A DNA stretch of 64,000 nt. Origin: an uncultured Planctomycetota bacterium (GTDB taxonomy: Bacteria > Planctomycetota > Planctomycetia > Gemmatales > Gemmataceae). The translations under genes and the position numbers were made by a program. Below are positions 10,724 through 20,699 of this stretch, in pieces; the stretch's first letter is position 1, and every line of letters starts with the position of its first letter. The notes beneath the pieces are model-generated. The model had not been told where the DNA came from. It saw nothing but the letters and a program-made list of their open reading frames with translations, and made no database searches. The DNA is taken from contig CAWKHF010000005.1 in NCBI GenBank assembly GCA_963849325.1, positions 896,001-960,000 of the forward strand, in the 5' to 3' direction.

Positions 10724-11023
10724 TTATTGAAAAAAAGACTCCTGATAGTGGCGAATTTCTTCCGGCGTCGGTTCCGGAGAATCGGCCGAAAATTTGGCGA
10801 ACAGCACGTCCAACAAGGAAGCATCGTCAATGCGTCCGTTACTGCGAAAGCGTTCCACTTCAATTTCGCCATTCTGAAGAAATTCGATCTCCCAATACTC
10901 GCCAGGAACACCGGCCACGACCATGATGGCATCGTCGCGCGAATGTTCCATCGTATAAGAGATCTTCGCTCGATCGAGGCGCTCGAGAAAAGCCAGCAGC
11001 TTGGTGAATTGATCGTCTTTCAT
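10724..11023 (-). CDS. Conserved hypothetical acidic protein, candidate immunity/antitoxin
   Basis: LLAFLERL...IMV...[10 protein letters not shown]...[14 protein letters not shown] overlap with the upstream ORF. Confidence 0.7.
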   Translation of the reverse strand: MKDDQFTKLLAFLERLDRAKISYTMEHSRDDAIMVVAGVPGEYWEIEFLQNGEIEVERFRSNGRIDDASLLDVLFAKFSADSPEPTPEEIRHYQESFFQ

Positions 11024-11226
11024 TTGTCAAACCTCTTTGTGTTGAGAAGCTTGTAAATCGTTCGGAATCCCGTCTCTCCTCGTTGCGCTTTTTCCACGAC
11101 CTCTTCCCACGTTAAGGACAGGATGTCACCCCAACTCGGAGAACCGGGACCCAAGGGAGCATATTTGATGCGCGCCTGTTTGCCCTTGAGGATCTCGGCG
11201 ACCGTTTTCCCGGCGTAATCCGCCAT
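11020..11226 (-). CDS. Small basic hypothetical protein, candidate toxin domain
   Basis: 68 aa ending [10 protein letters not shown]; starts 1 nt after the proC stop; coupled to 10724-11023. Confidence 0.65.
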   Translation of the reverse strand: MADYAGKTVAEILKGKQARIKYAPLGPGSPSWGDILSLTWEEVVEKAQRGETGFRTIYKLLNTKRFDK

Positions 11227-11227
11227 C

Positions 11228-12044
11228 TCAAGACTCTCCCAATTCTACCGCTCGCCGCGTGGCCGCCTCAACGGCATCCATCAGGGCTCCTCTCACGCCG
11301 CCGCGCTCCAGGGCGTGCAGACCGGCGATGGTGGTGCCGCCGGGACTGGCCACCATGTCCTTGAGCACGCCCGGATGTGTCCGTGTGTCCAGAACCATTT
11401 TCGCCGCGCCGAGCACCGTCTGCGCCGCCAGCGCCGTCGCCACGTCGCGCGGCAAGCCCACGCGCACGCCGCCGTCGGACAGCGCCTCGATCATCAGGTA
11501 CACGAAGGCCGGCCCACTGCCGGACAAGCCGGTGACGGCGTCGAGCAGGTGCTCGGGCAGCCGAAACGCCACGCCGACGGCGCCCAGCAGCCGATCGACC
11601 AGGGCGACGTCCTCGGCCGTGGCGTTCTCGCCGGGGCTGTAGCCGGACGGCGCTGGCGCCAACCAGGCACGGCGTATTCGGCATGACGCGCACCAGCCGG
11701 CAGTCCGGGCCGAGTCCGTCGGCGAGTTGTCGCAGCGTGATGCCGGCCGCGATGGAGACGACCAGCTGCCCCTTCAGCACCGGACGAATTTCCTCCAGGA
11801 GCGCGGCCATCGATTGCGGCTTGACGGCGAGGACGAGCAACTCGCTGGCGGCGACGACCGCGCGGTTGTCGGCGACGGCGGGGCAGCCGGTCTCGGCGGT
11901 GAATGCCTGGCGAGCCAGCGGCAACGGATCACTGGCGCGGCAGTCCTCGGCGCGCACCAACCCGGCCCGCAGCCAGCCCCGCGCCAGCGCCGTCGCCATG
12001 CGTCCGGCGCCCAGGAAACCAATCCGAGCCATCGCGTCCGCCAT
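11228..12044 (-). CDS. proC: Pyrroline-5-carboxylate reductase (frameshift near 11650)
   Basis: [41 protein letters not shown]. Confidence 0.97.
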
Positions 12045-12145
12045 GTCCCGCCGGTCCTCACCTCGGGAGAGAAGCCATCATCATACTGAAAGAGAGAGGT
12101 TGGCGTAAATCCGGATAGGATGTACCGGGGAGTCATTGGCGACGT

Positions 12146-12565
12146 TCAGGCGTCGGCCCAGTTCTCCAGTTGCAGCCCCGGCACCAGGCGAAAGTGGCGC
12201 AGATTGCGGGTGACGAGTGTTGCTCGGTGTGCCAAGGCGATGGCGGCGATGAGCAGGTCGGCGCGACCGATTTTCTTGAGTTTCTTGTCCTGCCGCAAGC
12301 GGTCGAATTCAGCGGCAGATGCGGCATCGATGGAGATGGTGTCGAACTCGTTCAGGTTTTGCTCGGCTTCTTGCAGCAACTGCTGGGCACGTTCCAGTTG
12401 TGCCCCGTCGGCGGCCTTGAGCAGGAAATCCCACCGCCCCCGAAGAACCTCGATTCGGGAAACAATGGTTATGGCGATCAGGTCCGTTGTTGCCAGGGCA
12501 CGCGCCGCCACTCGGGGATGAGCGTGGATAAGCAGCGTCACGGTATCGGTATCGAGGAGGATCAT
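12146..12565 (-). CDS. vapC: PIN-domain VapC-type toxin
   Basis: ILLDTD...E...DLLIAAIALAHRATLVTRNLRHF..VPGL.LENW. Confidence 0.93.
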   Translation of the reverse strand: MILLDTDTVTLLIHAHPRVAARALATTDLIAITIVSRIEVLRGRWDFLLKAADGAQLERAQQLLQEAEQNLNEFDTISIDAASAAEFDRLRQDKKLKKIGRADLLIAAIALAHRATLVTRNLRHFRLVPGLQLENWADA

Positions 12566-12933
12566 TCACCTTCCTCGGTCATCGGCCGACCGCGTTGCCG
12601 ATAAATCTCCTTGAGGAACTCATCAAGGTCCGGATGGTCCTTCCAGGCGCCGATCACGGACAGGATAGCTTCTTTGCTTGATTTCCGCGGCGGCGTGCGC
12701 AGCCAATCTTGCAACGCGGACTTCAAGAATCGCCATTCGCCGCCGATCCGTCGGCCCGGGATGCCGTCGCGGCCAATCATCCCCCGCAGATCGGCTTCCG
12801 CCACGCGCAGATACGCCGCCACCTCAGCCAGCGTCAACACTTCGCTGGACGTATCCGGAGGGGGAGGCGCCATCGGCGGAGACGGTGGCTGGGAAGGTTT
12901 CGTTGGACTCGGTTTCGCTTTCGTTCGCGGCAT
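12562..12933 (-). CDS. Putative antitoxin with excisionase-like HTH (HTH_17)
   Basis: EVLTLAEVAAYLRV...IPGRRIGGEWRF; own RBS (aaggaagg) and ATG at 12933; ATGA overlap with vapC. Confidence 0.85.
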   Translation of the reverse strand: MPRTKAKPSPTKPSQPPSPPMAPPPPDTSSEVLTLAEVAAYLRVAEADLRGMIGRDGIPGRRIGGEWRFLKSALQDWLRTPPRKSSKEAILSVIGAWKDHPDLDEFLKEIYRQRGRPMTEEGE

Positions 12934-12962
12934 GATCGTTCCTTCCTTTCCGGGAAATCTCT

Positions 12963-14540
12963 TTAACTCGCCGCGGCCGGCTCGCGCGGCGGCGCCTCGG
13001 TCGAGTGGATGCGCTGCTCGGCGGCCATCCGCAGGGCGATGCGGTTGATGACCTGCAAGAACGCCAGGGCGCTGGCCTCGATGATGTCGGTGCTCACGGC
13101 CCGGCCGTTGATGACGCTTGCCGTTGTACTCGGCCTCGATGTGGGCCTCGCCCTGGGCGTCCTCGCCGACCGTCACGCTGCGAATGCGGTAATCGCGCAG
13201 CTTCACCTCGATGCCGGTGATCTGCTCGATGGCCTTGAACACCGCATCGACCGGCCCGTCGCCGAGGCTGGCCTGGCGGACGATGGTGCCGTCCTGGTGC
13301 CACAGGCACACCGCCGCCGACGGGATCGTCGCCGAGCCGGCGTTGCACGTCACCGCCTCCAGCGTCCACAGCGTCGGGCCGCTGTGGATCTGCGCCTCGG
13401 CCAGCGCCTCAACGTCGGCGTCGTAAATCACCTTTTTGCGATCGGCCAACGCCTTGAAGCCGTCGAAGACCTTCTGCAACTGCTCTTCGTTGAGGTGATA
13501 GCCCAGGTCGAGGACGCGCTGGCGCAGGGCGTGCCGGCCGCTGTGCTTGCCCAGCACCAACTCCGTCTGCGCCACGCCGACGTCCTCGGGGTTCATGATC
13601 TCGTAGGTGGTCCGCTCCTTGAGCATGCCGTCCTGGTGGATGCCCGCTTCGTGGGCGAAGGCGTTCTGGCCGACGATGGCCTTGTTGCGCTGCACCTGGA
13701 TGCCGGTGACGTGCGACACCAGCCGGCTCGTCGGGTACAGCTTCTTGGTGTTGATGTGCGTCGTGACCTGGAAGTAATCCTGCCGCGTGCGCACGGCCAT
13801 GACGACCTCTTCGAGGGCGCAGTTGCCGGCGCGTTCGCCGAGGCCGTTGATGGTGCATTCGACCTGGCGGGCGCCCTCGGCGATGGCGGCGAGGCTGTTG
13901 GCCACGGCCATGCCGAGGTCGTTGTGGCAGTGGACGCTGATGATCGCCTTGTCGATGCCGCGGACGTGCTTCTTGAGGTGGGCGATGGCGGCGGCGTACT
14001 GGCTCGGGCACCGCGTAGCCGACCGTGTCGGGGATGTTCACCGTCGTCGCGCCGGCCTCGATGGCGCGCTCGACCACTTCGGTCGAGGAAATCCAGTTCG
14101 GTGCGGGCGGCGTCCTCCGGCGAGAACTCGACGTCGTCGCAGTAGCCGCGGCGCGCTGGACGCCCTCGACGGCGCGGCGGATGATCTCTTCCTTGGCCAT
14201 CTTGAGCTTGAATTCGCGGTGGATGGCGCTGGTGGCGAGGAAGACGTGGATGCGCGGCCGGGCGCAGTCGCGCAGGGCTTCGCCGGCGCGGTCGATGTCG
14301 GCGGCGTTGCAGCGGGCCAGGCCGCAGATGATCGGCCCCTCGACCTCGCGGGCGATGGCCTGCACCGCCTCGAAGTCGCCCGGCGAGGCGATGGGGAAGC
14401 CGGCCTCGATGACGTCCACGCCGAGATCCTTGAGGGCGTGCGCCACCTGGAGCTTCTCGGCCAGGTTCATGCTGGCGCCCGGGCGATTGCTCGCCGTCGC
14501 GCAGCGTCGTGTCGAAGATGATCAGGCGGTCGTCGGTCAT
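12963..14540 (-). CDS. leuA: 2-isopropylmalate synthase (several indels)
   Basis: IFDTTLRDGEQSPG, IEAGFP, NIPDTVG, GERAGN, NAFAHEAGIHQDG, LGKHSGR, GDGPVDA; true-frame stop TAA at 12965-12963. Confidence 0.96.
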
Positions 14541-14555
14541 GGTCGGACTCCGGCG

Positions 14556-14589
14556 AAGAAAAAAGCCCTGGGATTTCCGTCCCAGGGCT
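14556..14589 (-). terminator. Attenuator (intrinsic terminator) upstream of leuA
   Basis: Minus strand AGCCCTGGGA-cggaaa-TCCCAGGGCT followed by a T-run, ending about 15 nt before the leuA ATG. Confidence 0.9.
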
Positions 14590-14628
14590 GTGCTCAGCAA
14601 GCGCGAAGGAAACACCGGCTGGAGGCGC

Positions 14629-14691
14629 CTAGGACCCGTCTCCGCGAAGGAGAAGCGTGTCGAGCAGGCTGAAAAGTAGCTGAGTCGTCAT
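14629..14691 (-). CDS. Leu-rich leader peptide MTTQLLFSLLDTLLLRGDGS (leuL-like)
   Basis: 20 codons with 7 Leu (CTA CTT, CTG CTC, CTT CTC CTT), directly before the terminator and leuA. Confidence 0.85.
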   Translation of the reverse strand: MTTQLLFSLLDTLLLRGDGS

Positions 14692-14750
14692 GGCGGTGTC
14701 GGAAGGGCGAGGGCGTTCCGCTGTTGGTGCGCAAGAAAACCTTAGCAGAT

Positions 14751-14779
14751 AGTGTAGGGGTTCCAGGCGAGGAAGGCAA
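14751..14779 (-). promoter_or_regulatory. sigma70-type promoter for the leu leader and leuA
   Basis: TTGCCT (14779-14774), 17-nt spacer, TACACT (14756-14751). Confidence 0.6.
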
Positions 14780-14806
14780 CGGCTCTTTTGTCTTTACCCG
14801 CTTGCT

Positions 14807-16314
14807 GGGTGGGCAGCTGTTACTTGGGTGGGTTTTTGGCTTGTCGCGCGATAGGTTGACTCCCAGGTCCAAAACGCACACGCCTTCTTCACACTCAGGA
14901 GTTGCATCATGGCTTCCCAGCACGGTCCTTCCCCAGTGGCCCCATCCCGCCAAGAACGCATCGAAGCCATCCTGCAACAGCTGCGACCCCAGATCGAACA
15001 GACCGTTCGCCAGCTTGTCGAAAGGGCCGTCGATGTTCCCGAGGCGGAGGAATTCGGCGCCATCGACTTCGAGTTCCGCGATGCCGGGCAGAAGCTGGTC
15101 AACCACGTCCGGCAAGCCAGCGTGGCGAGCCGGAAAAAAAGGGCTACGTAGGCTCCAGCGTACGCTGCACCTTGTGCGGGCACACGGCCAAGTTTCATTC
15201 CTACCAGTCCCGGCGGCTGTTGACCGTGCATGGCGAGGTGCGTCTGGAGTGCGCCTATTACTACTGTGCCCGCTGCCACCACAGTTGCATCCCCTACGAC
15301 GAGGTACTGGGCTTGCACGATGCCATCAGCCCCGGCTTGCGGCCGCTGGTCTGTCTGGCCGGGACGATGGTGCCCTTCGGCGATGCGTCCGAAGACATCC
15401 TCCGGCGTTTCTCCGGAGTGCGTCTGTCGGCTTCCTCGGTATTGCGCTGTACCCAAGGGGAGGGCGAACGCTTGCGGGCGCAGCAGAAAGCGGGGCCGAT
15501 GGTCGAGCCGACGCAGCCCGAACTCCTCTGGACCGCACCGCGAAGGGAAGGGCAGCCCGCGGCCTATGTCGGCCTGGACGCCTTCAGCGTGCCGATGCAG
15601 GGGATCGGAGCAGGCAAGGCCGAGCATCGCATGCTCTACACCGCGTTGTTGTACACGCCGCAAAAGGAGCACAGCCGCTACCTGGTCGATTTCGACCTCG
15701 ATGTGCTGGCGGAGCAAGTGCGCGCGCAGGCCCGGGCGTTGGGCGTTACGCGGGTGAGTGACTTGATCGCCGTGACCGACGGCGGCAACGGCCTGGAAGA
15801 AGCCTTGCAGCGTCACCTGGCCGAGAACCTGACGACTATCCTGGATTGGTATCACGCCGCCGAACACCTCTGTGCCTTCGCCAACGTCTGGCATGCCGGC
15901 GAGGAAACGGCCCGCGTGCTGTGGCAGCAGCAGGCCAAAGGAATCCTCTATGAGCAAGGGGGCGAAGCCTTGCTCACCTTTTTGCGGGCGTTGGACTTGC
16001 CGCCGGAGACATCGGCAGAGGTTCACGAGGAACTGCGGAAGCTGATCGGCTACTTCGAGAACAACCGGCATCGCACCGATTATCCGCGCTATCGTCAGAA
16101 GGGCTGGGACATCGGCAGTGGGCCGACGGAGGCGGGCTGCAAGATCATCGGTGAAAGGCTCAAGGGTTCGGGCATGCGCTGGGTAGAAGACGGTGCGGCG
16201 ACCGTGGCGGCCCTACGGGCTTTATATGTCAGTGGCGGCAAGGTGTGGGACGGCTTCTGGTCGCAGCCTCACCGCGCCGCCGCGTAAAGTCACCCAAGTA
16301 AATGATTCACACCC
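14807..16314 (+). mobile_element. Insertion sequence, ISKra4-like, 1508 bp
   Basis: IRL GGGTGGGCAGCTGTTACTTGGGTG vs reverse-complemented IRR GGGTGTGAATCATTTACTTGGGTG (19/24); direct repeat CCGCTTGCT at 14798-14806 and 16315-16323. Confidence 0.92.
14909..16287 (+). CDS. ISKra4-family DDE transposase in two ORFs joined by a -1 shift at A7G (15134-15141)
   Basis: CxxC...YYYCxxC, DGGNG, ILDWYHAAEHL, YF.NN..R.DY..YR..GW.IGSG..EAGCK.I...RLK.SGMRW. Confidence 0.9.
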
Positions 16315-16425
16315 CCGCTTGCTTCCCGTGCCGTATGTCTACCTACGACGCCGGGACGGTCTTGCAATGGGCGACGGTTCGGGGAAAGATGGAAGACGAC
16401 TCTCCCTCTTGGCCGCGGCGCGGAG

Positions 16426-17662
16426 GTGAAGCGTGAACGTCTGCTGCCGGCAGAACGACGAGACAGCTGGGCGGAGGGGGGCGCGGGTGCCCTGTTGCGT
16501 CTGCTGCTGGCGCTGGGCCTTGTGCTGGCGGCAGCGATCGCCGCCCGTAGCGAAGTGCCCGACCAGCGCGGCGAACGGCCCGAGGAGGCCATCATCATCC
16601 GGCTGATCGGGCAACTGGGCATGCGCCAGCTACGCCGAGCGCGAGGAGGCCGGCCGGCGGCTGGACGAAATCGGCGAGGCCGCCCTGCCTCGACTGCGCA
16701 AGCGCTCCAAAGCGATGATCTGGAAGTGCGCTTCCGTGCCCGCGACCTGGTTCGCCTCATCCAGCACCGCCTGTACGGTCAACGGTTGGCGCTCCTGGGC
16801 CACCGCGACGTGGTCGTCAGCATCGCCGTGTCGGCCGACGGCACCCGAGTGCTGTCCGGCAGCAACGATGGCACCATCCGCCTGTGGGACTCGACAACGG
16901 GCAAGCCGATCCGCCCGATGCAGGGGCATCGCGGCCAGGCCTGGGCCGTGGCCCTGTCGTCCGACGGCAAGTTCGCCCTGGGCGGCGGACAGGACGGCAG
17001 CCTCGCCCTCTACGATGTGGCGGACGGCAAACAAGTGCGGTCGTTCGACCATCATCCGCAAGCGGTGCGGGCCGCCGTCTTCACGCCGGACGGACAAACG
17101 CGCCCTGTCGGCCTGCTACGACGGCGTCCTGCGTCTGTGGGACGTGCGCACCGGCAAGAAGCTGCGCTCCTTTACCGGACATTCCGACTCGATTATGTGC
17201 CTGGCGTGCTCGCCGGACGGCAAGCGGGCGCTGACCGGCGGCCTGGTCAACGACCGCACGGTGCGTCTGTGGGACCTGGAAAGCGGCCAAGCGATCCACA
17301 AGCTCACCGGCCACGGCGAGCGCGTCATGGGCGTGGCCTTCTCGCCCGACGGCCGGTTGGCGGCCTCCGCCAGCTGGGACGCTACCGTTCGGCTGTGGGA
17401 CCTGGACAGCGGCAAGGAGGTGCGCCGCCTCGACCACAAGTCCCACCTCTACGGCGTGGCCTTTTCGCCCGCCGGCCGGCACCTCGCCTCCGGCGACGAG
17501 GGCGGCGCGCTGTTGCTGTGGGACGTGGCCACGGGCAAACACCTGTTCACCTTCGAGGGCCACACCGGCTACATCAGCGACATTGCCTTCGCCGCGCGGG
17601 GGCGGCGCCTGGTGTCCTGCGGCGGCGACCATACCGTGCGCATCTGGCTGGCGCTGCGCTGA
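16426..17662 (+). CDS. WD40-repeat protein (frameshifts near 16650 and 17100)
   Basis: Repeated GH...V..VAFSPDG....S...D.TVRLWD units across frames. Confidence 0.9.
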
Positions 17663-17663
17663 G

Positions 17664-17806
17664 TGTCTGTCCCGTAAGCCCCTCTCCCCCGTACTCGGGG
17701 GAGAGGGGTTGGGGTGAGGGGGCGGCGAACCTGCGGAAACCGCACCCCCTCACCCCCAACCCCTCTCCCCCGAGTACGGGGGAGAGGGGGGCTTACGGGA
17801 CAGACA
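17664..17806. repeat. Long nested palindrome (MITE/REP-like, cccctctccccc-type)
   Basis: About 58-bp near-perfect arms tgtctgtcccgtaagcccctctccccc... / ...gcttacgggacagaca between convergent genes. Confidence 0.88.
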
Positions 17807-17813
17807 TCGGAGT

Positions 17814-18999
17814 TCATTCCTTGTGATATGGCTTGCCGGCCATGTACAGTTTGAGCCGTTTCTGCGCCTTTTCCAGCTCTTTTTTGGGGAATTCATCGGG
17901 CGATTTCAGGGCCGCCTTCTGCGTTTGCACGGCCTTGTCGAACTGGCCGGACTCGGCGTAGGCGGCGGCGAGCGTGTCGAGGAACGTCATCTCCTTGTTG
18001 TCGGTCAGCCGGCACGCCTTCTCGGCGTACCCCACCGCCTTCTTGCCGTCGCGCAGTTCCGCCTTGGGGCAGGTGGCCAGGATCCAGGCCAGACCCGACA
18101 GGGCGTCGGGGTTATCGCCGTGCAGCTTCAGCGCCTGCTCGAAGTCGGCGATGGCCTTCTCGTATTCGCCCTTCTCGCCGTACGCTTCGGCTCGGCTGAC
18201 GTGCGCCCGGATGTTGCGCGGGACGAGCTGGAGGATGTGGCTGAAGTCGGCGATGGCCTTGTCGTACTCTTCCTTCTCCATCCAGGCGTCGCCGCGCGCC
18301 TGGTACGCCTCGGGGTGCTTCGGATCGGTCTCGATGGCCCGGTTGAACTCGGCGAAGGCCTTGTCGTGCTCGCCTTTTTCCGCGTAGACGTCGCCGCGGC
18401 CGACGTAACCGCTGACGAATTTCGGGTCGATCTGGAGCACCTTGTTGAAGTCGGCCAGCGCCTTGTCGAGGTCGCGCTTGTACAGGTACGTCCGCCCCCG
18501 GCTGTAGAGGGCGGGCAGCGACTTGGGGTCCAGTTCGACGGCTTTGCTGAAGTCCGCCAGCGCCTTGTCGTATTCGCGCCGAGCGTTGTACACGCCGGCC
18601 CGGCTGGTGTAGGCGATGACGTTCTTGGGGTCCAACTCGATGGCCTTGCTGAAATCGGCCAGGGCCTTGTCGAACGTCGCCGCCCTCCAGGTACATGGCG
18701 CCGCGGTAGGTGTAGGCGAGCACGTTCTTGGCGTCCAGCTCCAGCACCTTGGCGAAGTCGGCCAGGGCCGCCTTGCGCTCGCCCTTGCGTCCCTGGGCCA
18801 CGGCCCGCAGCAGGTAGGCGCTCTGACTCTTGGGGTTGAGCTTCAGCACCTGAGTAAACAGGTTGATGGCCTGATCGTACTGCTGCCGGGCCAGCGCCTC
18901 GCTGCCCTTCTGAAAGATGTCGGCGGCGTCGTCCGTCCGCCCCGGAGCGGCCAGCAGCAGCACCAGCATCGCGCCGCCCGCCCAACGTGTCGCCGTCAT
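17814..18999 (-). CDS. Exported TPR-repeat protein (frameshift near 18680)
   Basis: Signal peptide; repeated AY..RG..Y...G.YDKA.ADF; LAWILATCP...RDG..A, LDTLAAAYAE.G.F. Confidence 0.92.
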
Positions 19000-19211
19000 G
19001 AATCTTCCTCCCTTCGACGGGGTTGTCTGCCCGTTTCTTCGATCCGACTCATTGTAAAGAAGCAGCGGAGGGGCACAACCCCGGCCTCCTTTCGCGGCGC
19101 ATGACGGATCGGCCAACTTTGTTTTTGCCGATCGGCTTGTGGTTTGCTATCATCCTTCCTCAAGGCCGAATTCCGGTCCCTCTCCGCTTTCCTCTCACGA
19201 TGAGGTGTCCG

Positions 19212-19661
19212 ATGGCGAGCACGCCGACCGTGCCGCCCGCGTCCCGGATGAGCCTGGACGCGGCGCGGGCCGACGATTTGATGACGCCCAACCCGATGTC
19301 GATTCGCGCCGAGGCGACGGTGCCGGAGGCCGTCGCCGTGCTGATCGAGCGCGGCTTCAGCGCCGCCCCGGTAATCGACGAGTCCGGCCGGCCCATCGGC
19401 GTCGTCAGCCGGGCCGACATTCTTGTCCACGAGCGCGAACGGCCGCGCGGCGGTGTCTCGGCGGACCTCGATTCCACGCTGGTGCGCGACATCATGACGC
19501 CCGCCGTGTTCTCGGTGACGCCGCAGACGTCCGTCGAGCAGGTGGTCGATCAACTGTTGACGCTAAACGTCCACCAACTCTATGTCGTGGATGCGGAGCA
19601 TTATCTCATCGGCGTCATCAGCGCCCATGACGTGCTGCGCCGCCTGCGTAGTGAGGATTGA
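19212..19661 (+). CDS. CBS-domain pair protein
   Basis: ADDLMTPNP...APVIDESGRPIGVVSRAD...VRDIMTP...LIGVISAHD. Confidence 0.9.
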   Translation: MASTPTVPPASRMSLDAARADDLMTPNPMSIRAEATVPEAVAVLIERGFSAAPVIDESGRPIGVVSRADILVHERERPRGGVSADLDSTLVRDIMTPAVFSVTPQTSVEQVVDQLLTLNVHQLYVVDAEHYLIGVISAHDVLRRLRSED

Positions 19662-19699
19662 GCCGTCGGAGGGAATGCGAAAGCGAGAGGAAGCGAGGA

Positions 19700-19772
19700 T
19701 GACCCCGAGGGGATTCGAACCCCTGTCGCGGCCGTGAAAGGGCCGTGTCCTGGGCCTCTAGACGACGGGGCC
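19700..19772 (-). tRNA. tRNA-Glu (TTC), CCA not encoded
   Basis: GGCCCCGTCGTCTAGAGGCCCAGGACACGGCCCTTTCACGGCCGCGACAGGGGTTCGAATCCCCTCGGGGTCA folds as a cloverleaf. Confidence 0.96.
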
Positions 19773-19904
19773 ACGTCGTCGGTCAACGACAACCGTATGC
19801 TAGGGAGCCTATCGCGCTCCGTCAAGTTGAGCGGCGGCGTCGCCGGCGCGGGAGTTTCTACAATAACCGTGGACAACAGCGGTGTATTCTCCCGCGAGGC
19901 AACC

Positions 19905-20699
19905 ATGACGGCCGACGAGGTACGGACGATTCTCGAACAGGTCCACGCCGGGCGGCTGAGCGTGGAGGCGGCGCTCGGCCAACTGCGGGAAGCGCCGTCC
20001 GTGGCGGATCTCGGTTTCGCCCAGGTCGATCTGCACCGCCGCCAGCGCTGCGGCTTTCCCGAAGTGATCTTTTGCGAGGGTAAAACTCCTCAATGGGTCG
20101 AGGGCGTCGTCCGCCAGTTGGCGGCGGCGAACCAGGACTGTCTGGCCACGCGCGTCAACGTCGAGCAGGCCGCCTATCTGGCGCAGCTCTTCCCGCAGGC
20201 CGAGCAGGACCGTGTGGCCCGCACCTTCTGGCTGCCGGCCCAAACGCCGGCCGCGCCCGCCGGCCGCGTCGTCGTCCTCACGGCCGGCACCAGCGACTTG
20301 CCGGTGGCGCAGGAAGCCGTCGTCACGTCCCGCGCTCTCGGCTGCGACGTCAAACTGCTGGCGGACGTCGGCGTGGCCGGCATTCACCGTCTGCTGCGCC
20401 ACCGCGAGCAGTTCGCCGGCGCCGACGCCATCGTTTGCGTGGCCGGCATGGACGGCGCCCTGCCCAGCGTGGTCGGCGGGTTGGTCGATTGTCCGGTCAT
20501 CGCCGTGCCGACCAGCATTGGCTACGGCGCCGCCTTTCAGGGGTTGGCCGCGATGTTGACGATGCTCAACGCCTGTTCCGCCAATGTCGTCGTCGTCAAC
20601 ATCGACAGCGGCTTCAAGGGCGGCTACGTGGCGGCCCTCATCGCTCGCCGGGCCACCAAGACGAATGAACCACAGATGAACACAGATAAACACGGATAA
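19905..20699 (+). CDS. larB: LarB / NCAIR mutase (PurE)-like protein
   Basis: DLHR..RCGFPEVIFCEGKT, AGTSDLPVA.EA, DVGVAGIHRL, AGMDGALPSVVGGL, VIAVPTSIGYG, VNIDSGF. Confidence 0.92.
   Translation: MTADEVRTILEQVHAGRLSVEAALGQLREAPSVADLGFAQVDLHRRQRCGFPEVIFCEGKTPQWVEGVVRQLAAANQDCLATRVNVEQAAYLAQLFPQAEQDRVARTFWLPAQTPAAPAGRVVVLTAGTSDLPVAQEAVVTSRALGCDVKLLADVGVAGIHRLLRHREQFAGADAIVCVAGMDGALPSVVGGLVDCPVIAVPTSIGYGAAFQGLAAMLTMLNACSANVVVVNIDSGFKGGYVAALIARRATKTNEPQMNTDKHG

Noticed and set aside
592-12044. Programmed frameshifting or pseudogenes in aspS, guaA and proC
   Set aside because: Core genes with intact motifs on both sides of each break, and indels are widespread; error is the simpler explanation
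12562-13911. Apparent LeuA-HTH fusion protein of 449 aa
   Set aside because: Produced by an indel near 13115; leuA has its own stop at 12963 and the HTH gene has its own RBS and ATG at 12933
19700-19772. tRNA-Glu as an integration site for an island
   Set aside because: I saw no duplicated tRNA 3' end and no integrase in the window
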